The position numbers were made by a program, and so were the translations under genes. The notes under the pieces are model-generated. The model was not told the origin of the DNA. It saw nothing but the letters and a program-made list of their open reading frames with translations, and did not search any database. Shown here piece after piece: positions 1 through 12,418 of a DNA stretch of 64,000 nt (its first letter is position 1; every line of letters starts with the position of its first letter). Origin of the DNA: Polymyxa betae A26-41 (taxonomy: Eukaryota > Protista > Endomyxa: Phytomyxea). Where the stretch lies: assembly GCA_003693705.1 (NCBI GenBank), contig RBZT01000594.1, positions 1-64,000 on the forward strand. Direction: 5' to 3'.

Positions 1-166
1 GGGTGTTATAACGTGGATTATTGAGGTTTTTGTATGGGGGATGGGGGGAAAAAAAAAAGGGGTCTCCAAACCATACGGATGGGTGTGCTGCTATTATAAT
101 TTTCATTTTTTTAATATATTTTTTGAAAATCCTATATTTTTGCAAATTGTCCTAAATTTACAAAGA

Positions 167-331
167 NNNNNNNNNNNNNNNNNNNNNNNNNNNNNNNNNN
201 NNNNNNNNNNNNNNNNNNNNNNNNNNNNNNNNNNNNNNNNNNNNNNNNNNNNNNNNNNNNNNNNNNNNNNNNNNNNNNNNNNNNNNNNNNNNNNNNNNNN
301 NNNNNNNNNNNNNNNNNNNNNNNNNNNNNNN
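167..331. other. Assembly gap (165 N)
   Basis: Run of N characters. Confidence 0.99.
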
Positions 332-397
332 TCATCGGAGCTTATTCAATATACCGGTAGTGAGCTTTCCGATTCATCGGAGCTTTGTCAATATAGT
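332..397 (+). repeat. Imperfect 42-bp tandem repeat abutting the gap
   Basis: tcatcggagcttattcaatata at 332 recurs as tcatcggagctttgtcaatata at 374. The gap may hide further collapsed copies. Confidence 0.6.
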
Positions 398-901
398 GCG
401 CTTGATATTGACACACGTGAATGTGAGGACTGGGACAGGGCGAGGAAGAATTAATGAAGGCTGCGAAGAAGCAGCTGAACAATGTGGTGGAGAACCTATG
501 TCAATACTTTACGCAGTGTATTGATGATTTGACCGTAAGTCTCTGGACCGATGAACATCAATGATGTCCGATGAATTAGAATCCCTCCGACATCCGAGCT
601 ATCCTCCGACTTTGGCTCTATAAAAGGGCTTGTAATCTATCGAATACATTCATTCTATAATTCAGTTTGCAATCACTGCTACCTGTTCTAATCGGAAGAC
701 TCCACAACAAGAGTTAATAGAAATCGAATAGGTAGATTCGAGAATGGTTGTTTTTCGATAAACAGAGAAAGCAAAGGTAAGAAGTTGTGAGTCACGGTAC
801 AATATACATGAGTCAACAGGAACTTGGAATTGATGGTAGATGAGTTATTAAGATGACTCATGAGGTAGCTCAAGCTGAACGGAAGTAGTGAATCATGACA
901 G

Positions 902-1101
902 AGAAAACATTGCGATTCTTCCTGGACAGATTGAAATCGTTGGTTCCTTGAGCGGTAGAATCGGTATCCTTACCGACAATACGACGTTTCGCACGACAGT
1001 CCGATCGATATATGCCGTAAAAAGATGACTGTACGCGATTAATACCTGCTCCAGTGGAGCATGCAGTGAAAACGTATAAGTCCTCTCGGGCAATTCCAAA
1101 G
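902..1101 (+). mobile_element. Degenerate C-terminal fragment of an IS630/Tc1/mariner-superfamily DDE transposase (pseudogene remnant)
   Basis: Plus-strand translation RKHCDSSWT-(frameshift)-LKSLVP*AVESVSLPTIRRFARQSDRYM...VEHAVKTYKSSRAIP. This resembles, from memory, the C-terminal motif of eukaryotic DDE_3-type transposases (RxxCDYS..L..VP.ALDSV....IRRFAR+S.RYM.AY...AVKKYKSHR.IP). It carries two stops and one frameshift. Confidence 0.7.
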
Positions 1102-1574
1102 TCAAAAATGAAGAAAAAGTTTATTGCTGCACGACCTCTGAAAACTGGATTGAAATTGAAACGAAGTTGTCGAAAAAAAGGTTGCCGGCGACGGTAAGAC
1201 AGAAAGCGCGAACGACTGAATATCGTAAGGTCGCGTGTTCGATTCTCTTTGGTGGCATTAATGATTAATCCCATTTGCACATCTTAAAAACAAATTAAAC
1301 AATCACCTACCCATACCATCATACCGATTGGAGCTCTTTTTAAATCTTGAATCTTGTTTCTTGAACTTCAAAAACGAAGAGTGTACTTTACGTGCCGTTA
1401 CTTTTCTACTTTTAGTTGCAATGAACTTACTAGAGTTGTGGTGACGCATCTTGATCTCTATGAGACCATTACTTAGTGCAAATTGGAGCTGAACTTGCTT
1501 AGTGATTTATGATACGGAGAGAGTCTCTTACCTGAATACCAGATATAGCGGATCATATTGCTATACGACATTCT

Positions 1575-2605
1575 ATGGCAGATTCTGCAGAACAAGGTCA
1601 AGCAGCATCTTCATCATCAATATGGTCCTGGAGTTCTGCTACACAGTTCATGCAAGCACTTGCATCTGATGTCAGTATGTGTCCAATATAATGCTATATA
1701 TAAGAAGTTCCCTAATATTAGACAGATGAATTTGTTGAGACATTGTCTAATGAAAACAGTGATGTTATAGATGATGTTCGTAATAGATCTAAAATTGTTG
1801 CCCATCAAGTCGAAAACCTGTTATCTAGTGATTTGGTTAATGATGTTCGAGCTAGGTCCAAGACTCTTGTTGATCGAGTTCAGGATGCTCTCGCCCAGCA
1901 ATCTCTAGGTGATGCTATATGGCCAACATCAAGCCAGGCTTCTCGAAATTCATCACCTTCTATACCTGAGTCTAAAAAAGGATTAGTAGCTGGAGCTGGT
2001 ATTGATGAACATATAGCATGGCTTCAGAATAATATATCCACATATTTGCAAGTATTACATAGCTTCTATTGTGTTTATATACAGATATTGAGTTATTTCT
2101 TCAGGATCCAGCTAATTCTGATACAGATCCCAATATCTATGAAACATTTCAATCATTCTGTGCGAGGTTTACATTAACGGATGGCGATAAAGCCACCATG
2201 CTTGCTGCATCGACTACATTGGAGGCGTTCTATCATGAACTCGGTATTATCCTATTACTCGCTATATCTACCACTTACTAATGCACTTGCACAGTTCCAA
2301 GCAAAGTCACTGATTCTGAGTTCTGGACCCGATATCTCTTCTTGATCAACGAAGCGAAAGAAGCAGCCGCCCGACGTCAACAGCTTCTCAAATCTGTATC
2401 TGGTGCTGAGAATGCCCCAAATCAAGACCTGGAGCTGTCATGGACAGCTGATAATGATAGTGAAGAGATTCAAGAGACAACTGAGGGAGTTGGGTTATCT
2501 GAGTCGGATCAAGATGGGGGTCATGGTGCCATACAATCTGATCATGGGGTGACACCTAGTATTACCACCCCAGCTGATCATAGTAACTGGGATGATTGGT
2601 CGTGA
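1575..2605 (+). CDS. BSD domain-containing protein (3 introns)
   Basis: Spliced model MADSAEQGQ...; BSD signature VPSKVTDSEFWTRYLF at ~2294-2342; acidic tail ending WDDWS*. Confidence 0.8.
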
Positions 2606-2788
2606 CCTCCCTCCTATCTCTCCTTCTATATATAAAACAATGTTACATAACTATATGTATACCGAGTACACAGGAGGTTATAGACTCGCTAGTATCTACC
2701 GCTCCAGATTTTTTATTTCAATATTCGAGATCTATCTATGGCCAGTATACATATTAAACATACAAGAAATTGCATTAAGAAATTCAAC

Positions 2789-4155
2789 ATGATCCAATCA
2801 GTGCCATTCAGACAGAGATTTATCCTCTGCTTCTGTCTGCTACAGATTGTTATGATCGCTTATTGGCTTCTATCTCCGTTCCAGGTTGGACCGGTCATGA
2901 TTCGTTTACCTCGACATTCGTCACATACATGTGTTGGTGAGAACTATCATGAAGATTCCTGGAAGTACAAGAGCTGTCATCTGAGAAATGTCTGCTGGAA
3001 TGGCAATAACTTCTCGTATTATGCAGATGTAGATGATGTACCATCAGTACCAGGTCCTACAGAGCTATCTGTATCTGTAAGTACATTAGGAGTTACTAAT
3101 AATCCCATAAGATGGGAGCCACTTACTGTTTATTCACCAATTCCATCAAATGCTCTCTGGGCTCGTGATATCGATGATACCGATCTGCATGTTCTTGCTG
3201 TTGAATATAATGGATCCAATTTTGGTCATGTTCTTGGAGATAGTTTATTACCTTGGTGGAGATTACTTGATATGTTTGGACTACTGGACGCTGATTATCC
3301 ATTTCGTCCTATACATATGATTGTTGATCCTCCATTTACATACTCGTATGATCTCATCAATCAATTATTCATATCACCATTAATCTTCTGCTTAGATGTG
3401 CCTGGCAAGTTCAACAGAATTGGATCTCAGATATGGAATTCTGTCACAAACTTTATAGAAAGATTGCCGAGCCCTTTACCCATAGATCTCTTGTGTATTT
3501 ACAAGAGCACTACTCAATGGCTACAGTACAACGTCCTGTCTGTTTCACAAACTTAGTTGCTGGTATTGGAATGTTATCAGATCATGGTCAAGATCATAGT
3601 GTTCATGGTAGAAATACGGAAGCATTGGATCTGCATCTAATCGGGGGTGGATCTACTCTATGGAGATTTCGATGTACCTATATGGAACGTATAGGTATGC
3701 TATCTAATAGTAAACCAGTTCGAGGGAAGCGCGATGTTGTATTTGTAGACCGATCCGAACATCATCGAAGTTGGTATGATACCAAGAAAGCCCATCAAGC
3801 TCTTTATGAGCGTTTTGCTCAGCAAGGTTTCGATATTGTGGAACCCATCGATTTTTCCAAGCTATCTATTCGGGAACAAATTGAGATTGTTTCAACAACC
3901 AAAGTTCTACTTTGTTTCCCGGGTGGCTCATCATACATCTCGTTATTCTTACCTCGTGGATCCACACTTCTCTTTGTGTTTGCTCTCTCAGAGCTAAGTG
4001 ACGGTCGGCAAGACTATCCACTTCATAATAACATGGCACATATTCATGTTCGATGGTTACAAGGACAGAAAGGCGAAAATACAGGCGAGGTGTTCTATGA
4101 TATTGATAGATTGGTGATGGAAGTAGAACACGCTTTACAGCATTATGATGTATAA
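2789..4155 (+). CDS. Glycosyltransferase family 61 (EOGT/POMGNT2-like), type II membrane protein, 1 intron
   Basis: N-terminal TM anchor; SCHLRNVCW; NFGHVLGDSLLPWW; VCFTNLVAG; C-terminal LSIREQIEIVSTTKVLL..PGGSSYISLFLPRGSTL typical of GT61. Confidence 0.75.
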
Positions 4156-4313
4156 GACACATAAATCTAATCACTTATGATTGAATGCATCACTTGCTTA
4201 TTATTTACACATTGAAGATGCAAACAAGGCCAAATATATTATTATGTATTCAACAGATTGTAGAAATGCACAACATCCAGATATAAATAATACAGCAGGA
4301 GGAAACAACAACA

Positions 4314-7300
4314 TCAGCTTAATTGTGTGATATTAAGACCGACTGTACATCGTCCTTGTGATAAGACCAGAACCTGTCTGGTATCAAACTCGATTGAGAT
4401 CTGTTCGGGATCAATGTCCATCAAGTTTCCATCAATAATCTCAGCTAATTTAATACTAGGTACAGGTAAGTAACCACACATAATTGGTATTAGAACTCCT
4501 GATATCACAGCTTCATTCTGAAATGACACACGACCATGAAGCTTGCCAGCATATCGCCATGAACTTTCATCCATCACGATGCTATAAACGATCTGCTGTA
4601 TAATAACCCTTGGTGTTGATACAGTCGATTGTGATGCGCGATTCAATCGAATACTGTATTGGATAGGCTGACCCAGAATACCATTTGATTTACAGCTGGT
4701 AATTATATGAAATAAAGGATTGTGTTTCAGAGATTGAATGTTGATAGGGAAACTGAAATCTGACAGGATCCCATCAGCCGGCTGATATCGAACATTGAAA
4801 TGACCACGGAATACGAAATTCTCCAGAAAATCAGGATCGTCGATATCACGATCTGGGCCAGTTCGGTCGAAAATCTCAAAAATAAAGGAATATCCAGTGT
4901 TGGATGACGGGATGAGATTGGTTGTTAGATGGGGATTGAGATCTTCATATGAGAAGGGTCCTGGTTGAAATGTGTATGAATGTAATAGTACAGGTATATG
5001 AGTGACACAACTTATAATGAGCTGGATGAATGTACGAGATAGGACCGTCTCCATACAAGATGTTAATGATAACGCTGGAGTGAATATAAGAGATGTATGA
5101 GCTTGTGTTGATACATTGACATTATCTACTGTATATGTAAGAGTCAATGATAGATCTTGACGTAATACTCCATCTATTGGTGCATTAATATACAATATTA
5201 TATCTAATACACTTCCTGATACACATTCTGGTATCGGAAACTGTCCTATAAACATACACGAGAATCAGTGAAATTGAACAACAAATTAGAGCACTGAAAT
5301 AAGTGACAAATTACCATTGTGAAGAGTAACATCCATTGATACATTATTGACAGTAACAGTGATATGATCAGTCTGAACCAAGTTCGAGTCCGATATCGAT
5401 TGTAACGATAGCTGTACATTGGTCATGGTATCGTAATTGGATTGACATTGGACCGGGACTGCATGAGTACGACCCAGAATCAATGGCTCCGGTACTGGCC
5501 CCAGACGTAAGGTTGCCGTGGGACTCCGATGACGAACACGAATAAGATGTTGCCCAGACTGATTTAATACTGATTCCAATACCAGCTCATGAATATGAAT
5601 CTGTACGGAGATGGGCCAGTGCTCTCCAGGTATTGCCAGTTTGGCATTGTCGAACACGAACCGATTTGTACCGGAATATAATGTGACAGGACCTAATTCT
5701 AGACGCTCTTTAACTGCCATACAGTCCAGTATGATAATGATATTGGTAATATCAAGATCCAAGCAACAAACTGACTTCAATACGAGTTCGAACTGAAATA
5801 ATTCGTTACTAAAGACATCTGTGTTACAAGCAGTATGTAACTCTGCATGATCACGTTTCAGTTCCAGTGACTGAATATCAACCAATTCAGATCCAGAACG
5901 CCGAAACATTCCAACAGACTCGTCCTTCATTCGTTCCATAAACTATCATTATCACATTAATATTGGAATAGTTTCCCAAACAAGTTCATAACCCGACCTG
6001 ATCCCGAAATCGTCTCCGAACCTGATCTTGTGTTGATTGAATCTTAAATATCATAATACCAGTATCTATATACTCCTGAATATGATTAAGTGCATAATGA
6101 CATTGTGATGTTAGGATCAGATCTGAGAACCAGCAATACGACCACAAATTGCGAGTCGTACTGGTCCCCGGGTCGCATATCTCCAATGCTCTCCGGATAT
6201 CACCACGACGATAATATACACTCGCTAGCCGATATGAGAATGACAGAGCGAATCGATGCCGTCCGGCATCATGAGATGCCCGCCGGACTAGCTCGGCGAA
6301 TGCGATGAAATGTTTCTGATAGAGATCTGGAGATCGAAATGCAGCTTGTAATTGTGATGGTGTGATATCCAATATATCAATATAATCATGTTCATGATCT
6401 TTAATAGATGGAGATGTAAAGGCAACAGATTCCACATTAAAATCCAGAAGATGTAGATTTATACCTGATTGTGTATATGATGATAATGCTATTGATAATA
6501 ACTCAATAATCATAATATGATTGGTCATTTGTGCTATTGATATAACAATACATACTATCTGTATAGTTCTATCTGATAAATCATCATGGAACTTGTTCAA
6601 ATTTCTAACAAACCTTGCTGTACGTTGTAATACATCATCAGCACGATTTCTAACGAATAATAAACGTATCTGTCGACTAAATATAAATGATACATAATGA
6701 TATGGATCAGATGATGATGGTAATGGGACCAGATCATCAGATAATAGCAGAGCGGGCCAGTCTAGATCATGGGCGGGCGTACCGGCCCCGGCGATACTGT
6801 TGGAGATGGATATTGTATCAAGTAGAGCATCAAGTTCATGATATTGACGTAATGCATCATCAATAAGACCAAGATCTTGATAGAATAACGAATATGATTC
6901 CTTAATAGAACAGAATGATTGAAAGTCTAATGAAGTTCCCAATTGTTGCATTGATCGAAGACGATATTCAAATTCAGCACTGCGTTTCTCAGCTGTATTG
7001 ATGACACACCTTTATCACATAATAAATAAATCAATATAGAGATCAGAGAGATGTTATCACCATTTTAATGCAGTAGCGAGGCGATCAGATTGAGTTCGAT
7101 CATTATTAGCACCATCTGCTAGATCAATTAGGATAACCTGGCCTTGATTCGCTGCAATTCGATCGGATAGATCGGCCTCAATACGTTCGACAAGACGACG
7201 AATGGGACGTACCGGCCCCGGTGTGCCAAGCGATACAACGGCCACAAGCCAGGATCTAATTTGAACGAATGGATCATGAACAAACCCATCGATTAAGGAT

Positions 7301-7530
7301 TTATGTCGCTTATAATGATCTATATGATCAGATACAAATAATAATATGCAGAAGAATGCATCTGCTGGATGATGAGGCTCAAGTTCGAACTGAATCTGAA
7401 CTTGTTCGATATGTTTATATGTTCCAGTAGGATCAGAACATATGAGATCTGTTAGAGGTAGACATCGGGTTAATCGTGGTGATATTAGATCCCATATACC
7501 TGATGGATCTCGTACTACACCTATCACCAT
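4314..7530 (-). CDS. TRAPPC10: TRAPP II complex subunit TRAPPC10/Trs130-like (about 3 introns)
   Basis: Motif DFQSFCSIKESYSLFYQDLGLIDDALRQYHELDA; C-terminal WRYAGKLHG...LIPIMCGYLPVPSIKL (gryzun/TRAPPC10 C-terminus). Four consecutive minus-strand ORFs are joined by short GT-AG introns. Confidence 0.85.
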
Positions 7531-8463
7531 CTAATATATTAATCCATATCATTATACATAACCATATCAATAATATAGTCACTCCTTATTTAACACAACA
7601 TAAACGCACTTTTTATTGAATATTTCCTAAATTTCTCCTACTGATAGTAAAAGGCCATTGTAAACAAGCTAGGTTAGGGTCTGTATCGAGGCGCTGGAGA
7701 TATCGATGCAGGAGATCAGCCGTTCTATTGAACCGATTCAGTAATAATCAGTTCATTTCTATATAATGCGGTTATTACGAGGGAATGTCCCCCAAATTGA
7801 ATCTCTTGAGGTGTTTCTCTTAAAGCCTAAGACGCTGGTTACCCTCAATGAATAGTATTGGGTTAAACCAGTATGTGCAACCTCTGAAACTAGATTTGAA
7901 CTGACTCGAATTCTCTTCAATCTACTTGTTATCAATTACTGAGAATCAGATATTGAACAAACAGAACCATAACAATCAGTTTGATAAGTTATAATTTGAG
8001 TAACTGTTAATTAATAGGACAATCAACTAACTCGAAATACTCAAATTATTCCCCATTTACACAACTCGTACAATGAAGTCATCTCAACCAGGTGTTCTTC
8101 CATAATTTCATCTGAGCCGAACTCTATGAATCCCTTGGCTGTTTATCATATACACAAGATATATTAATGTACTCTCAGGTTACTATAAAACCAATGTGAT
8201 CCTCTGAATATCAGTTAAATCCATACAATCTCAATGAACGAAATCAAGGATCTGGTGCAGTTCGCTGTACGTCATGCTGTGTGAAGGTGATGAAATACTT
8301 CATTATCAACGATAGTGACGCGGCAACGCAGAATGTAGCTCGAAAACAGTCAAACTTGTCCGAATTTCGGACTGCGCAATCATGCTGATCCCTCGCCGAG
8401 GGATCAGCATGACCTAATTGACCGTCGGTCTCACTTCTCATGATCGCTGATCTTTCAAAAGCC

Positions 8464-10575
8464 ATGCGATTCGTTATATTCTGTTGTCTACTGACAATAA
8501 CATTATGTCAAACATATGGCCAAGGAGTCTCTCAACGAAGGAATACTGCCTCAATATTTCATCAACCTCATGACAACATTGTTCGCAATATGGTCAAAGA
8601 TGATGATCTTTCCGGTGATGAATCTGAGAGCGATAATGAGATTGAGGATAACAGTCCAAAGATGTTTGAGGTGATCTGGATCAACCACAATCATCATGCT
8701 GAATGTACTATCTATGACAATCATCAAGATGCAGATCAACATTACCGCAAGATCCCTTCTGATACCGCTAAATTAATTCGATATGGAGGTGCTGTAATTG
8801 AACTTAGTGATCCAGATCCTTATAGATATTGTGATTCGGTTCATGAACATGATGATGATCTACATGATGTTCGACCTGGTCTAAGATCATCATACAGTAA
8901 ATATAACCTGTCGGAATATATCACATCAACTGAAGATCTATTTCAAAGTGTTCAATCAACTGGTCAGATCTCTATTGATGTAGCTGTTATTAAAGCACCA
9001 TGGGTACAAAACAATGGCGATTATGACCTCAGTCCTCGTCTACAAGGTAATGCTGGCTCTGGGGCTATGGTCTCAACAATCATATCTGATGAGATTATAG
9101 GAGCATTATTCGCTATGGATCACGGGCATCAAATGGCATCAGCTCTGTTTCATGCTGGATTCTCAGCTTCGACCATATTCGTGGCACTTCCTCATCATCA
9201 ACCTCAACAGCTACAACAACCCAAGATGTTCTGGATATTAAGCAACTTAAAGAGATACGACGACAATGATCAAGAATGCAAATTTGCTGAAGTCGATGCT
9301 GCCGATTTGAAAGAGGCCTTGATATCCATGGGCGAGAACGAAGAGGTGACGGCCGAGGTCGTCTCGTTAACAATGTCGGTCCCATATGATGATCAAGATG
9401 AGGATTTCGATGATGATACGAAATTCTACGAGCACAAGCTCACCAAGCATTCTCCCCGAAAGATCCTCTCTGTGCTGTTCGAGCGAGACTCGTCATTGAA
9501 ATCGCAACCAATGACGATGAGCGCCATTAAGACAGCTAAGCATTGCTCCATTAAAGTCTGGGATTGTCCAGCATCGTTATCAGCTTCATCCGGATCTATT
9601 CTACGTCAACATTCCTCCTCAACAAGTCTGTTTACATCAACCCCAAAATCATGCCGTGATGCTCCTAGTTCATCATTCACGTCATCATCTGCGCTTCCTT
9701 CATTGCCATCTTCCCGCTTCCTAAGTCGTACTTATTCGTTCGGCGGGAAAAATCTCGAGCAATTTGTCAAGCAGCGCGAACCTGAAGTCATTTTGGCCTC
9801 GAACGAAATCAGTTTGACATCCCGATGTAGATTTCGTCTCGATTCAAACTCAAATATCCGTTATTCCCCATCTGCTGATCGCTCGTCAGAGATAGATCAG
9901 GTATCGGACCCATTCGAATACGCTCTGCCTAAACATCTATCTAAACATCAAACGATCGAGTTGATGGATATCAGTTCTGGCAGTTTTCTAAAACCCGTCT
10001 ATGATGATTTGGGTCTGGAGTTGGATTTTGTCCCAGATGATGATACCCTCTTCACATGTGATAGTTTCACTACTGCTGTTCATGATGCTGAAGTTGGCGG
10101 TATCCCTAGTCTCTGGTCGGAATTACAAGATGTTGGTGTCTCTGAATTAGGCATTATACAATCTATTGTTGAGACATACGATCGACCTGCAGCTGTAGGA
10201 TATCGAACTGATTTCACGGTTAAAGGAATCGTACGACCTGGTGTTAATTCAAGAATTACATTAGGGTCGTATTTCAAGAAATCCATGTTTGAAGCACGAG
10301 CTGTAGCTGGTCCATGTATAGCTCAAATTCGAGGTCCAACTGCTGCCGCTGCTGGTCAGATCTCTATCACAGGTCTACAAGCATTTGCAACTGCTGATCT
10401 ATACAAAGCAGAAGCGAATATATGTGGTGTCGGGCTCGGTTTTGGACTTAGTCTGCATACTGGTATCTGCATCGGTCCCAAATGCGGTTTATCCTTGGCT
10501 GGGTTTGGTCTAGCTGTTGGATCGTCTTGTAGCATCTGGACACCTATTGCATCTCTCACCCTACCAATCATCTAA
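8464..10575 (+). CDS. Intronless secreted hypothetical protein (~700 aa) with a Gly/Ala-rich, beta-strand-patterned C-terminal domain
   Basis: Uninterrupted ORF; signal-peptide-like MRFVIFCCLLTITLCQ; Ser-rich linker; no family firmly recognised. Confidence 0.75.
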   Translation: MRFVIFCCLLTITLCQTYGQGVSQRRNTASIFHQPHDNIVRNMVKDDDLSGDESESDNEIEDNSPKMFEVIWINHNHHAECTIYDNHQDADQHYRKIPSDTAKLIRYGGAVIELSDPDPYRYCDSVHEHDDDLHDVRPGLRSSYSKYNLSEYITSTEDLFQSVQSTGQISIDVAVIKAPWVQNNGDYDLSPRLQGNAGSGAMVSTIISDEIIGALFAMDHGHQMASALFHAGFSASTIFVALPHHQPQQLQQPKMFWILSNLKRYDDNDQECKFAEVDAADLKEALISMGENEEVTAEVVSLTMSVPYDDQDEDFDDDTKFYEHKLTKHSPRKILSVLFERDSSLKSQPMTMSAIKTAKHCSIKVWDCPASLSASSGSILRQHSSSTSLFTSTPKSCRDAPSSSFTSSSALPSLPSSRFLSRTYSFGGKNLEQFVKQREPEVILASNEISLTSRCRFRLDSNSNIRYSPSADRSSEIDQVSDPFEYALPKHLSKHQTIELMDISSGSFLKPVYDDLGLELDFVPDDDTLFTCDSFTTAVHDAEVGGIPSLWSELQDVGVSELGIIQSIVETYDRPAAVGYRTDFTVKGIVRPGVNSRITLGSYFKKSMFEARAVAGPCIAQIRGPTAAAAGQISITGLQAFATADLYKAEANICGVGLGFGLSLHTGICIGPKCGLSLAGFGLAVGSSCSIWTPIASLTLPII

Positions 10576-10672
10576 TAAATAATCAAGAGGCTAATTGAAC
10601 AATGAAGACATTGTGATAATGTTACCAGAATATAGTAGGAGATGAGGCGTGGCCTCTTCCCTCATCATAGTG

Positions 10673-11387
10673 ATGACAGAATGCGATTTATTACAGAGCT
10701 CATATCCTAAATGGATTGATATTCTAAACCAATACCAAGATGAAATATCATCCAGATTCCCGGATATAGCACAGACTGATCTATGGCTTCATCGTGGATC
10801 TATGGCCAAACAAGCAGCTGCAAGATCACCTCCGCATCTCACGAAATCGGAGCTCGAGAGAATTATGGAATGGAAACTGAAGCGAGGAAAGTTTCGTCCT
10901 GGGCTTCTAAAACTGGTGCAGTCTAACGACGAAGATCTGGTTGAAGCGTGTACTTCGAAGGCATTCAAAACGGATGATATTGAGAAGGCAATGTCATATT
11001 TAACCGAACTAAAAGGTGTTGGTCCTGCAACTGCTTCTGCGATATTATCTGGCTGGAATAAACAAGTGCCATTCATGGCTGACGAGGTAGGGGTTGATCC
11101 AGCAATCATTGAGCACTCAACTCATTGATTATTAGGCGATGGATGCCATCCCCGTCCTTGGTCCTATCAAGTATTCAATGGCGTTTTTCAACAAATTTCG
11201 CCACAAAGTCGCAGATATTTGTGAACGCATCAACGAAACGGCCCAAGCTGATGCAGAACCGTTATCCATAGCTGAGATAAGTCGCTGTCTATGGCTTTCT
11301 GCCATCATCAATGCTCCAGAGAAACCATCCAAGAAGAGACGATCTGGAATTCCTGCTGCTGGGCCCAAGACAAAAAAACGTTCGTAA
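10673..11387 (+). CDS. HhH DNA-glycosylase-like protein (Amun-like family), 1 intron
   Basis: LTKSELERIMEWKLKRGKFRPGL and LTELKGVGPATASAILS..VPFMADE (helix-hairpin-helix). Intron ~11087-11136. Basic NLS-like tail. Confidence 0.8.
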
Positions 11388-11660
11388 TGGTACCGTTCGT
11401 ATTCTTCGGTAGATCTAGAGTGTATTCATAACTTCCTCCCTGACCATTCAGCTTATTCGCCAACTAAAGCGATCCACAACTCAACTTTTGCCGATTCAAT
11501 CACAAAGTGTTTCTGGTACGAATATCTGTCTGTCCTGTTCGTTTTTGCACAGGCTGTCTAAGAGTAAGTTGCCGAATTCTACACAGTTGAGCGATAATGG
11601 ATAAATATGGAGTCAATACATTATTCAGCTGCTAGCAATGTCTTTACTACACGAATGTGG

Positions 11661-11933
11661 TCAGCCCACGTATCCTGATCCAGCCTGTCGTTGACCAGAT
11701 CCAGACTGTTGTTGTCCACGACGTCGTCCTTCAATCCATCCATCATCAATCTCCAGAGATGGATCCAGAGCCTGCTCTTGAGGCACAACCACCACGTTCT
11801 CAATACCAACACGGGTTCCGACCGTCACCTCGTTGTTCAATGTGAGTCCGACCCCGACCTTCGTGTGACCTTTTGCAGGATCTTCAGCGTGCACCATCAT
11901 GACAGTTAGCAGGAGTAGGAGCAGCGACTTCAT
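11661..11933 (-). CDS. Small secreted protein (90 aa)
   Basis: Clear signal peptide MKSLLLLLLTVMMVHA/EDP; single exon. Confidence 0.65.
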   Translation of the reverse strand: MKSLLLLLLTVMMVHAEDPAKGHTKVGVGLTLNNEVTVGTRVGIENVVVVPQEQALDPSLEIDDGWIEGRRRGQQQSGSGQRQAGSGYVG

Positions 11934-12078
11934 CCCGATATCGAATACTGGCTGATATTGCTAACTGACCGATATCCACACTAATATGTGGCTATCACAC
12001 ATCACAGATTCTATTCTGACCGATCTCCCATCCTCCGTCATATTTCTTATTAGTACCAACATCTAACACTACCAAATC

Positions 12079-12363
12079 ATGAGATTGCCTCCAACACCCA
12101 ACGATCTGTTCGTCGCCATGTTTTCCGAAGATTCCAACGCAGAATCGGCCCCAGAAACAAAGCAAATGAAGGAGCAGGAAGCCAAGAACTCGGATCAGCC
12201 CGAGACTATCAATAACAGCTGCGATACAAAACTGCCAAGCTCAGCAGAAGTACCTCAAGAAACAGCAGCTAGACAAACCAAACAGTTTGCCGAATTGAAG
12301 TTATTCTATAAAAAGCGCTTATCTGCATTCAAGCAAGTCTGCCCAGGAGAAAAGGACGAATAA
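12079..12363 (+). CDS. Small hypothetical protein (94 aa)
   Basis: ATG-initiated ORF filling the gap between two minus-strand genes; protein-like composition; no family recognised. Confidence 0.4.
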   Translation: MRLPPTPNDLFVAMFSEDSNAESAPETKQMKEQEAKNSDQPETINNSCDTKLPSSAEVPQETAARQTKQFAELKLFYKKRLSAFKQVCPGEKDE

Positions 12364-12418
12364 TCACAAAAATCAAGAAATACAATGAAAACTTTAAAGA
12401 TATTACTCAATAAGAATA

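Noticed and set aside
41-454. ORFs spanning the N run
   Set aside because: Artefacts of the assembly gap; the first 166 bp have homopolymer runs and may be low quality.
870-1280. 136-aa minus-strand ORF
   Set aside because: It is the antisense of the transposase remnant on the + strand.
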